Shown: in pieces, positions 1 through 7,213 of the stretch | Layout of the letters: every line of letters starts with the position of its first letter | How positions within the stretch are numbered: position 1 is the stretch's first letter | Source: a virus | IMG/VR virus record: IMGVR_UViG_3300025600_000009 | Length of the DNA: 45,930 nt | Direction: 5' to 3' (one strand) | The notes under the pieces: generated by a model | What the model saw: only the letters and a program-made list of their open reading frames with translations | Told to the model about the DNA's origin: nothing | The model's database searches: none | Program-made: the position numbers and the translations under genes

Positions 1-127
1 TATTGGTTGTCAACGATCCTGTTATTTGGAAGGTTCTTCACTTCTTCCAGTTCACCATTCTGACCAATGACTGTTCTTTTCCTTCTTAAAATATCATGGT
101 GTCCATCATGGTATCTTTCACCATCAA
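1..127. repeat. Terminal redundancy, identical to 45804-45930; most simply a circular-assembly overlap
   Basis: Read by eye: tattggttgtcaacgatcctg...tcaccatcaa is present at both ends. It falls inside a continuous ORF (portal). Confidence 0.9.
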
Positions 128-266
128 ACATTTCTTTTCTTCTTCTTGAAGCTTTGAACCTTTGAATTTCAAGTTCAATAAACTGAACATCAGTAATTCT
201 TTCAGCAGCACCTTCTTTGATGATCTTGCTTACATCCTTCTTTCTTGCAAATAAGAATTCAAACAT
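1..266 (-). CDS. Portal protein, N-terminal segment; the ORF continues from 44558-45803 across the circular junction
   Basis: ATG at 266-264. Translation MFEFLFARKKDVSKIIKEG...ERYHDGHHDILRRKRTVIGQNGELEEVKNLPNNRIVDNQY joins in frame with the 44558..45844 ORF. Joined length 1512 nt (1246 + 266) is divisible by 3. Confidence 0.85.
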   Translation of the reverse strand, partial: MFEFLFARKKDVSKIIKEGAAERITDVQFIELEIQRFKASRRRKEMFDGERYHDGHHDILRRKRTVIGQNGELEEVKNLPNNRIVDNQ

Positions 267-283
267 GTTTTATTCACCCCCTT

Positions 284-619
284 TCATAGTGCATTTACTT
301 CTTCAAATGCCTTGGTTAGTTTTGGGAACTGTGCTGCAATCCAGTCCACCATTTCTTCATTAGCTGCCCAACTATTATTAGCAAGACCGCTTTCAAATAA
401 AAAAGCATGAATGATCTCATGCCTGAATACTTTCTTCTTATATTGATCCAGGTTTACCTTTGACATCAAGCTTGTATCTGTCATATCGTCAACAACACAA
501 AGTTTTATGGTATCATCACAATACCCATCACATTCTTTCAACTTTGGATCTGTACGATCATTTGCTTCTTTTACTGTGTAAGTTGTTCCAAGGACATTGA
601 TCTTCTTCATGCTGTTCAC
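284..619 (-). CDS. Small HExxH (zinc-metallopeptidase-like) protein between terL and portal
   Basis: 111 aa ORF. HEIIH motif (about 407-421) followed by FESGL. Function not recognised beyond the motif. Confidence 0.6.
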   Translation of the reverse strand: MNSMKKINVLGTTYTVKEANDRTDPKLKECDGYCDDTIKLCVVDDMTDTSLMSKVNLDQYKKKVFRHEIIHAFLFESGLANNSWAANEEMVDWIAAQFPKLTKAFEEVNAL

Positions 620-676
620 CCCTCATTCTATGACTTAATAAATTCAAAACCCCTTGAACACTGAACATTCAAGTGG

Positions 677-700
677 TTTTGTTACTAACATGATACTATT
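677..700 (+). repeat. 24-bp perfect direct repeat copy 1 (ttttgttactaacatgatactatt), abutting the terL stop codon
   Basis: Identical to 2012-2035. The terL stop (700-702) overlaps the end of the repeat. Confidence 0.9.
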
Positions 701-1956
701 TAATCAAAACTGAATGTTTCACCCTTGATAAATTCTTCCATTCCATAACGCATTGCATCAAGTAAATGGTTGAAGTCATCTATTGGTTTATTGATCTTTT
801 TACCAAATTTATCTGTGTCCCAGGTGTAATTGCTGATTTCAGTCAGGAAGTTGACACACCTTGGATGGACTATGATCTTGAAGTCCTGGATGTAGTCAAT
901 GCCATTATTGACTGAATCTTTTCCTTTTCGTGCTGCCTTTATATTGGACATTCCAAGTTCACGCAGCCTGTCAATGGACTTTGGTTCAGCACTGTCTGCC
1001 CTGATCCGTTCTTTCCTATATCCCATCTTTGTGATGTCCTGGTGTATAGCTTCATTTGACATGCCTTGCTTGTACATTTCATCAAACACATAAATGATCT
1101 TTGCTTTGACATCAACCATTCCACACCATAGGGCAGAAGGGTCATTGGTATAACCAAAGTCAAGACCAAATGCAGATCTGATTGCAGCAATCTTCTTGAT
1201 CACTTCAATGTCAAATTCTTGTTCTTCCCAGTTCTCATATACAAGACCTTCAACAATACCCCATTCACCAAGACCTGCAACCCTGAACCTTCTTGGGTTG
1301 TTTTTTCTCATGGTTTCAAAGACTTTCTTGTCAGCAGCATCCAACCATTCATTGCACATAAAGTTTGTTGTCAATGCAAGAATATCAACATCAGGTGCAG
1401 CATCAAAGAACCGCTTCTTGATCCAGTGATGTTCATTCCAGGGGTTGAAGGTAAGTGTGATCTGTTTGAACAGTCCATCAGCTACCTGACCACGAATAGA
1501 TTCATCCAGGATGTCAAAGTCTGCTTCCTTCATGATCTCATAAGCTTCTTCAATCCACATCCAACAAAGATAACCAACATCAACTGTAATGGATGTTACT
1601 TTCAATGGATCATCAAGACCCCTGAAATAGATTGTTTGACCAGTAGGGATGTATGTCATTTGAAGTGGTGATTCAGTGATCTTCCAATGATCCTGAACAG
1701 CAAGCCTTGTGATTGCCCATTTCAATTCAGTGAAGCAACTGTCCTTCAAAGTTCTGAATGTCTTTCTTACAACTAATAAATTTGATTCAGGATATTCCAT
1801 CATCCGGGTTATGAAGTTCAAAGCAGTTGTCTTTGACTTCTTGGATGCTCTTGATCCTTTTACAACTCTGTATCTACCTTTAAAATGCCAAAATCTATTA
1901 TAGTTTTTACCGACAACTTTTTTCAGTGATATTTCATGTTTAAGCATAAGCATCAC
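700..1956 (-). CDS. terL: Terminase large subunit (PBSX-type)
   Basis: 418 aa. Walker-A-like KGSRASKKSKTTA, Walker-B-like WMWIEEAYE, C-terminal RNaseH-like nuclease acidic motifs (GLDFGYTNDP, DSAEPKSI, LLDAMRY). Sits after terS and before the portal. Confidence 0.9.
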   Translation of the reverse strand: MMLMLKHEISLKKVVGKNYNRFWHFKGRYRVVKGSRASKKSKTTALNFITRMMEYPESNLLVVRKTFRTLKDSCFTELKWAITRLAVQDHWKITESPLQMTYIPTGQTIYFRGLDDPLKVTSITVDVGYLCWMWIEEAYEIMKEADFDILDESIRGQVADGLFKQITLTFNPWNEHHWIKKRFFDAAPDVDILALTTNFMCNEWLDAADKKVFETMRKNNPRRFRVAGLGEWGIVEGLVYENWEEQEFDIEVIKKIAAIRSAFGLDFGYTNDPSALWCGMVDVKAKIIYVFDEMYKQGMSNEAIHQDITKMGYRKERIRADSAEPKSIDRLRELGMSNIKAARKGKDSVNNGIDYIQDFKIIVHPRCVNFLTEISNYTWDTDKFGKKINKPIDDFNHLLDAMRYGMEEFIKGETFSFD

Positions 1957-2011
1957 CTGATTTTATTAGGTCATATAAATGAACTTGTTCAATTGCAGGA
2001 TCTTTCAATGA

Positions 2012-2035
2012 TTTTGTTACTAACATGATACTATT
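2012..2035 (+). repeat. 24-bp perfect direct repeat copy 2, abutting the terS stop codon
   Basis: Identical to 677-700. The terS stop (2034-2036) overlaps the end of the repeat. Confidence 0.9.
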
Positions 2036-2537
2036 AGTCATCATCTTCACCCAAATCATCTTTTATGACAATTGGGATCGAACCTTCAATTTTTAGTTTA
2101 TCATTGAACATTCCAAGATGCCTTCCTAACAAATCAAGTGCTTTTAACTTATCATAGGTCTTGATTTCTCTTTCAACTGAATCACCAGTTTCACTGGTTG
2201 ATCTTTTGATCTTAACACTTGCAATGCAGGACAAATCATCTTTGTTCGCATTATCTAAAACAGAAGCATTCTGCATGTTGATCACATCAGAAGGGTTCAG
2301 GAATGCAATCTTTGCAAGTTCCTGAATAACTCTGTCCTGATTTACCCCGGTTCTTTTGGATCTTGCAGCAAGTGCCTTATCTATTGCATTTTTGACATTA
2401 GGTTTTATAAGGTTTTCACACCCAATGACTGCTGCTGTTTCCGTTGAATACCCTGCTCTGATTGCAGCCTGTGTTGCATTCAGGTCAATCAGATATTCTT
2501 CAACAAATTTTTGCTGCTTGTCTGTAAGCTTTGCCAT
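2034..2537 (-). CDS. terS: Terminase small subunit (Terminase_2-like)
   Basis: 167 aa. N-terminus MAKLTDKQQKFVEEYLIDLNATQAAIRAGYS is the typical small-terminase HTH signature. Immediately upstream of terL. Confidence 0.85.
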   Translation of the reverse strand: MAKLTDKQQKFVEEYLIDLNATQAAIRAGYSTETAAVIGCENLIKPNVKNAIDKALAARSKRTGVNQDRVIQELAKIAFLNPSDVINMQNASVLDNANKDDLSCIASVKIKRSTSETGDSVEREIKTYDKLKALDLLGRHLGMFNDKLKIEGSIPIVIKDDLGEDDD

Positions 2538-2577
2538 AAATGCAACACCTTCCTTTCATTATAGTTTTAGGCATAAG

Positions 2578-2612
2578 AAAAGACCCTTGAACATATAGTT
2601 CTTGGGTCTTTT
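2578..2612 (-). terminator. Weak terminator-like hairpin upstream of terS
   Basis: aaaagaccc (2578-2586) pairs with gggtctttt (2604-2612), 17-nt loop. On the minus strand it is followed by a T-rich tract (ttttctt). Confidence 0.3.
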
Positions 2613-2711
2613 TGATTTTTACATAATATTAACTGTAATTAGTTTATCATGTATATAGGATGCCTACAAGACATATGATAGGACATTAAATGGACAAAAT
2701 ATTCCAAGTTG

Positions 2712-3005
2712 TCAAGCCTTCTTGTCAATGTTGATCCCTATTTCATCCAGGATGGTCTGCTTCATATCTTCAATTTTCAAATAATCATTATCAATGGAAT
2801 CGAACTGTTCATTGACCTGATCAAGTAACCTTTTGATCCTGGTCTGACCCCATCCCCATTTGTCATGAAGCACCAGTGCAAAGGAAGCAATCATTCCTGA
2901 AACTGCATAATCAATTGCTTTGGATGCAGAATTGTTTTCAATTACTTTCAGATCCTTTGCAGTAACACCTTTCTTTTCTAACCTTCTTCTTTCTGACCTG
3001 TTCAC
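2712..3005 (-). CDS. Hypothetical protein
   Basis: 97 aa ORF co-oriented between the late regulator and terS. No motif recognised. Confidence 0.55.
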   Translation of the reverse strand: MNRSERRRLEKKGVTAKDLKVIENNSASKAIDYAVSGMIASFALVLHDKWGWGQTRIKRLLDQVNEQFDSIDNDYLKIEDMKQTILDEIGINIDKKA

Positions 3006-3016
3006 AACCTCACCCC

Positions 3017-3559
3017 TTAACTGAATATTTGAAGAATATATTCATCACTGAACAATCTGATTTGCAGCAGGTTCACAATTCTGTTTTTATTCCTGGATAT
3101 AGTTCTGACATCAACATCAAAATATTCTGCAAGTTGTTCCCGGGTTTGTTCTTCAAAATATTTCATCCTGATGATCTCAAAGTATGGATCATCTTTCAGC
3201 ATATCAATTGCAGCATCAATCACCTTGATGAAGTTTCTTGTTGTCTGAATGCTGCCTTCAATGCTTTCAATCTTTTCTTCTGCCTTTTCATTATCGGTCT
3301 TGATTTCATATGAAGCATTACCTGCAAAGGATGTGATGCTTTTGCTTTTCCCTGGAAGTCCTTCTTCCTTGATCCCTTTGATCTGTTCATACTTATCATC
3401 AATTGCAGATTTAAAATTGTTATAATTATAAAGCAGGGTTTCTGTTTTCTGAAATGGTGATTGTCTATTATCTTTCAAAAGTCCTTGTCTTTTAAATTCA
3501 GAAGCGGTCTTTCTGACTGCTGCATCAATGTATTTTTCAATAATTTGTTCGTTATTCAT
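3017..3559 (-). CDS. Late-gene transcriptional activator, sigma-70 region-4-like (ArpU/RinA-type)
   Basis: 180 aa. C-terminal HTH QTREQLAEYFDVDVRTISRNKNRIVNLLQIRLF resembles sigma region 4. Located just upstream of the packaging genes. Confidence 0.65.
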   Translation of the reverse strand: MNNEQIIEKYIDAAVRKTASEFKRQGLLKDNRQSPFQKTETLLYNYNNFKSAIDDKYEQIKGIKEEGLPGKSKSITSFAGNASYEIKTDNEKAEEKIESIEGSIQTTRNFIKVIDAAIDMLKDDPYFEIIRMKYFEEQTREQLAEYFDVDVRTISRNKNRIVNLLQIRLFSDEYILQIFS

Positions 3560-3900
3560 AAATTATCCTCACTTTCTCTAATTTCACCTTGAACCTGGAA
3601 CTTTACCTTGAACCGATAAGAATATAGTAATATCAATGGTTTCAGCTTAAAAAATGCCTTTGCGGTTCAAGGTTCAAGGTGACTTCCCTATTATAGATTT
3701 ATTTTAAGAGTATATATAAAATTTTGATGATTTTTAAAATAATATAAGAAGTTATAAGTACCTTGAACCCCTTGAACCGATACCCAACAAACCCAGTGTT
3801 TTCATAAGGTTTCAGCGGTTCAAGGTGATATGATTTTATATTGAACCACCTTGAACCGAACCTTGAACCTCATTCCCACCACTACCACTAATTTATTGAA
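3560..3900. promoter_or_regulatory. Iteron-rich regulatory region A: about 10 GGTTCAAGG/CCTTGAACC boxes plus a 55-bp core (3662-3716) identical to 21076-21130 in inverted orientation
   Basis: Boxes at 3587-3595, 3606-3614, 3664-3672, 3671-3679, about 3761, 3770, 3818, 3841, 3849 and 3860. Perfect TATAAT on the minus strand at 3695-3690, pointing at gene 3559. Confidence 0.8.
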
Positions 3901-3912
3901 TAAAGGAACAAA

Positions 3913-4104
3913 TTATTTTATATCTTCACCTTGAATGATGATCCTGCCTTTCTTTGATGAAGCAAGTCTGTTCTTCAAAACCACTGCTTCATGCTTCAAA
4001 GAATTGTTTTCTTTCTTGATCCCCAGGAAGGACTTCACCATTGAAAGCTTTCCAATTGCAAACCCAACCAGGAAGAACAGTGTAAAGAATAAATATTGTT
4101 CCAT
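3913..4104 (-). CDS. Small membrane/coiled-coil protein, last gene of the early operon
   Basis: Internal ATG at 4104, just after the stop of the HD gene. MEQYLFFTLFFLVGFAIGKL looks like a transmembrane helix. The longer track ORF overlaps the HD gene. Confidence 0.45.
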   Translation of the reverse strand: MEQYLFFTLFFLVGFAIGKLSMVKSFLGIKKENNSLKHEAVVLKNRLASSKKGRIIIQGEDIK

Positions 4105-4108
4105 AGGA

Positions 4109-4693
4109 TCAGACCCCCTTGACCTTTGAAGCATACATGTCAGCCTGATGTGTCCATAATACTGTTTCATACTTTCTGATTGCTCTGTCATAATAATCCC
4201 AGTCTGCTTTTTCATAAGCACCCATGTGATACCTGATGCAAAGAATTTCTTCTTCTGTTAGGTGCATCCATGCTGCAAGCTTCATGATTGACTTATCACC
4301 ATGACCAGGGAACAAACTGTCTGTTGTATATTCCCAGTGACTTTCTTCGCCTTTGGGTGTGTCCAATCCCATCAACTGAATACCTTCAACATCAATGACC
4401 TTTTCATATAGATCAATCTTGCAAAGATCATGGAACATTCCAACTATGTAAGGGGATCGTTCCAGTTCCCATTTAATGCCCATCTTTTCAGTAAAGTTCA
4501 CCAGGGTTTCAGTTACTTCAAAACAGTGATCAAACAATCCACCTTCATAATTACCATGATATTTCCTTGAAGCAGGGGCAGTGAAGAAACCCTGATCCAT
4601 CAACCATGCTGTGAGATCTTCACTGATACCTGCATTCAACATGATCTTCATGAACATTTCAATTCTTTTATTTACTGTGATCATCTGTGTCAT
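4109..4693 (-). CDS. HD-domain phosphohydrolase
   Basis: 194 aa. H..HD signature: HGNYEGGLFDHCFEV, MFHDLCK, GHGDKS. Confidence 0.7.
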   Translation of the reverse strand: MTQMITVNKRIEMFMKIMLNAGISEDLTAWLMDQGFFTAPASRKYHGNYEGGLFDHCFEVTETLVNFTEKMGIKWELERSPYIVGMFHDLCKIDLYEKVIDVEGIQLMGLDTPKGEESHWEYTTDSLFPGHGDKSIMKLAAWMHLTEEEILCIRYHMGAYEKADWDYYDRAIRKYETVLWTHQADMYASKVKGV

Positions 4694-4946
4694 TAGTCAC
4701 ACCATCCTTTTCATATCTGATTGCTGATTCTGTTGCCAGGAAGCAAGGTTGAACAGTTCGACCCATAATGTAAAGATAGATCTTACCTGATGCAGCAAGC
4801 TGTTCTTTTTCCTTTTCATCCAATTCCCAAACTGTTTCAATCCCCGGGGTTACACCATCATCACACATATATCTTGTACCAGGTAGATCCTGACATCCTT
4901 CACTAACAAAGGTCACATTGCTTGTTTCTGATTTTACTGGTTTCAT
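4668..4946 (-). CDS. Hypothetical protein
   Basis: 92 aa ORF in the early operon. No motif recognised. Confidence 0.5.
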   Translation of the reverse strand: MKPVKSETSNVTFVSEGCQDLPGTRYMCDDGVTPGIETVWELDEKEKEQLAASGKIYLYIMGRTVQPCFLATESAIRYEKDGVTNDTDDHSK

Positions 4947-5239
4947 TTATAATATTCCTCCCACGCTTCATCTTTTAATTTATTAATTTTGTTCCTATCG
5001 ACATCAACTAAATGATCAATAATTTCTCTGTCAGCAATTTCAGTTCTATTTTGCTGTGAATTGAATTTACGAAGTACAATTAATAATTTTTTATAAGTTT
5101 TGTGCTGATTTTTAGCAATTTCTTTTGCAAATTCAGGATTTATGTCTTTCTCAATTAAATATTTCCATTGATCTTGTCTTATTGATAATCCAAGGAAACC
5201 AATATAATCAATACATTCATTATCCGAAACTTCAACCAT
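4943..5239 (-). CDS. Hypothetical protein
   Basis: 98 aa ORF. Its stop and start overlap neighbouring genes (translational coupling). Confidence 0.5.
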   Translation of the reverse strand: MVEVSDNECIDYIGFLGLSIRQDQWKYLIEKDINPEFAKEIAKNQHKTYKKLLIVLRKFNSQQNRTEIADREIIDHLVDVDRNKINKLKDEAWEEYYK

Positions 5240-5240
5240 A

Positions 5241-5477
5241 TTATCTGAACTCCCTTCCTGATTTCTTATCCCTGATTTGTATTCTTCCGATCATCTCAAA
5301 CCCTGCCAAGTCCACAATACACTTCAATGTATTGACCAGGTTGTGTGCCTTATTTTCAAGCACTGCATCTTCTTTGATGATTGGTTTCAGTGCTTCATAT
5401 GCTGTTGGATCAGAACAACCGCTGCTGTTAAACCTTGGGTTTTTATTTGCCACATTTATCACCTTCCTTTGCTGCAA
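5241..5477 (-). CDS. Hypothetical protein; the start may be an internal GTG near 5453
   Basis: 78 aa ORF. AAGGAAGGTGA ribosome-binding-like sequence precedes an internal GTG. Confidence 0.45.
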   Translation of the reverse strand: MQQRKVINVANKNPRFNSSGCSDPTAYEALKPIIKEDAVLENKAHNLVNTLKCIVDLAGFEMIGRIQIRDKKSGREFR

Positions 5478-5541
5478 CCATCAATGCTGCTGTGAAAAAT
5501 CCGATTACTGCACCAACCATAAGACAAATCACATATCCCAT
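5443..5541 (-). CDS. Possible 32-aa hydrophobic peptide, below the ORF-track size cutoff
   Basis: ATG at 5541, 5 nt after GGTGAT. Translation MGYVICLMVGAVIGFFTAALMVAAKEGDKCGK is one transmembrane helix. Confidence 0.3.
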   Translation of the reverse strand: MGYVICLMVGAVIGFFTAALMVAAKEGDKCGK

Positions 5542-5542
5542 G

Positions 5543-5749
5543 TTAATCACCAACCTTCAAGGGAACAAACATTTCATGAGTGGTGACTGTTGCCCCATTA
5601 CATTCAATAATGATCTTGGTATGTGGGCAGTAATTTTGAAGCATCCATTCTTGAACTGGTTTAACAAGTTCAGCGAACTGTTCAATCTTGTCAAACTTAT
5701 CATCTGTAAGCATTGAAACTTCTTTTGGTTCATCATTAATTATTTTCAT
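5543..5749 (-). CDS. Hypothetical protein
   Basis: 68 aa ORF in the early operon. Its start overlaps the stop of the upstream gene. Confidence 0.5.
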   Translation of the reverse strand: MKIINDEPKEVSMLTDDKFDKIEQFAELVKPVQEWMLQNYCPHTKIIIECNGATVTTHEMFVPLKVGD

Positions 5750-6165
5750 TTTTCATCATCCTTTCGTATTGGTATATCCTGCATTTCAGGGTGGTTCTTT
5801 TCCATATAAATTGCAAAAGCAATGTTCCAAAGTGCTGCCCTTAAATGGGGTTCATCTTTCATTCCTCTCAAATAGCATGAAAGATGCCTTATTCCTGAAT
5901 CTATTAAACTATGGATTGGAATGCCTTTTTCACAATTACGTTCACCATACTTCAATGCACCTTCTTCACAATGCAGTGCAAGTTCATGAATTGCATCCCA
6001 GGGGATCAAATCATATCTTCCTTTTCCTTGGTGCATATCACGAACAGCACCAGTTCCAAATTCCGTTCTGTTTCCACTGTCCTTGATACTGACCCTTTCA
6101 CATGAAGGGCAAACCTGCCTTCCTTCCGGGATGGTTTCCCCACAACATACACAAGTATCTTTCAT
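5746..6165 (-). CDS. dATP/dGTP pyrophosphohydrolase-like (MazG-like/DUF5664-type) protein with N-terminal zinc ribbon
   Basis: 139 aa. CVCCGETIPEGRQVCPSC zinc ribbon, then GKGRYDLIPWDAIHELALHCEEGALKYGERNCEKG, typical of the phage dNTP diphosphohydrolase N-terminal domain. Confidence 0.6.
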   Translation of the reverse strand: MKDTCVCCGETIPEGRQVCPSCERVSIKDSGNRTEFGTGAVRDMHQGKGRYDLIPWDAIHELALHCEEGALKYGERNCEKGIPIHSLIDSGIRHLSCYLRGMKDEPHLRAALWNIAFAIYMEKNHPEMQDIPIRKDDEK

Positions 6166-6181
6166 TTTTTCACCATCCTTT

Positions 6182-7198
6182 CTAATGTGGTATATTATTG
6201 AATTTTAAAATTTCATCTAATCCAAGTCCATTTTCTTCAAGTGGTTTCATACAATACTCATACAATTTTGGATGTGTTTCTTGCATCTGCTGAAACCTAT
6301 TTGGTTTCTTTTCAAGGTGACATCCGAACATACAAAACATGCAACCTGTTCTTTTGCAACCTGATGTTGTAAGCTGTTCATCAACTTCAATAATGTCACC
6401 ATACACACTTGCATATGGAATTTGATATATCTTTAAATAATTAAGTACATCCTGCTCAGTCCAAAATGACATTGGTTGTGATTTTGGATCTTTACTGTCA
6501 AATGAATTACATCCATTTTGCAACCATGCTTGCCTTCTTGCACTACTTTCACATGCCATTGTTCCAAGTATAGGCATTTTTCCTGATTCTTTTTGATAGA
6601 TCTTAATAGGTTTCTTCTTCATGATTTCACAACACTGATCAGAAACTTTAAATTTACTATCTATCATTGGAATCCATCTTTTTGATAGTTTGAATGATTT
6701 AGTTATCGTTCCATCTCTTTTAATTCCAGTCATGTATAAATTGACTGTTGCTTTATTATTTTCAGTTGGATTTTGACAATCACGAATCATTCTTGCTATT
6801 TTTTTACTTCCTATTGGATAACCAACTTTTAAAATAACCTCTTTAAAATTCATTTCAGGACTAACAGTTACAAGTTCTATTTCAATGTTGTATTTTAACT
6901 CTAAATACTTTGCAAACTGTGGAACGAATTTTCTTATTTCAGGATATTCCAGTCCTGTGTCTGAAAAACATAATGTTAATTTATTGTGACCGCATTCACT
7001 ACAATATTTTGCAACCATATCGGCAAGAACAGTGCTATCTTTTCCACCGCTAAAAGAAACATAGACTTCATTTTCAAATTTTTCAAAGAAAATTCTTAAT
7101 CTTGTTAAACTCATTCTTATCTTTAAGTCCAGGGGAAGTGATTGCATTTGATCTAATTCCCAAGGTTCGTGCCTATTCGGATTTTTATTTTCTGACAT
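6182..7198 (-). CDS. PAPS-reductase/DndC-IbrA-like PP-loop ATPase with C-terminal Cys cluster
   Basis: 338 aa. PP-loop SFSGGKDST. C-terminal CKRTGCMFCMFGC cysteine cluster. Confidence 0.7.
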   Translation of the reverse strand: MSENKNPNRHEPWELDQMQSLPLDLKIRMSLTRLRIFFEKFENEVYVSFSGGKDSTVLADMVAKYCSECGHNKLTLCFSDTGLEYPEIRKFVPQFAKYLELKYNIEIELVTVSPEMNFKEVILKVGYPIGSKKIARMIRDCQNPTENNKATVNLYMTGIKRDGTITKSFKLSKRWIPMIDSKFKVSDQCCEIMKKKPIKIYQKESGKMPILGTMACESSARRQAWLQNGCNSFDSKDPKSQPMSFWTEQDVLNYLKIYQIPYASVYGDIIEVDEQLTTSGCKRTGCMFCMFGCHLEKKPNRFQQMQETHPKLYEYCMKPLEENGLGLDEILKFNNIPH

Positions 7199-7213
7199 TA
7201 GTACTTCACCCCT

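Noticed and set aside
677-2035. Stop codons in all three frames within the repeated 24-mer (TAA, TAG, TAG/TAA) as a hint of stop-codon recoding (alternative genetic code)
   Set aside because: All large genes translate as full-length, motif-complete proteins under the standard bacterial code. No in-frame TAG, TGA or TAA interruptions are needed to explain any gene.
3560-3900. GGTTCAAGG boxes resemble a tRNA T-arm (GGTTCRANNCC), so tRNA genes or attP tRNA fragments were considered
   Set aside because: No cloverleaf, acceptor stem or anticodon arm could be drawn around any copy. The boxes occur in both orientations at high density, which fits protein-binding iterons.
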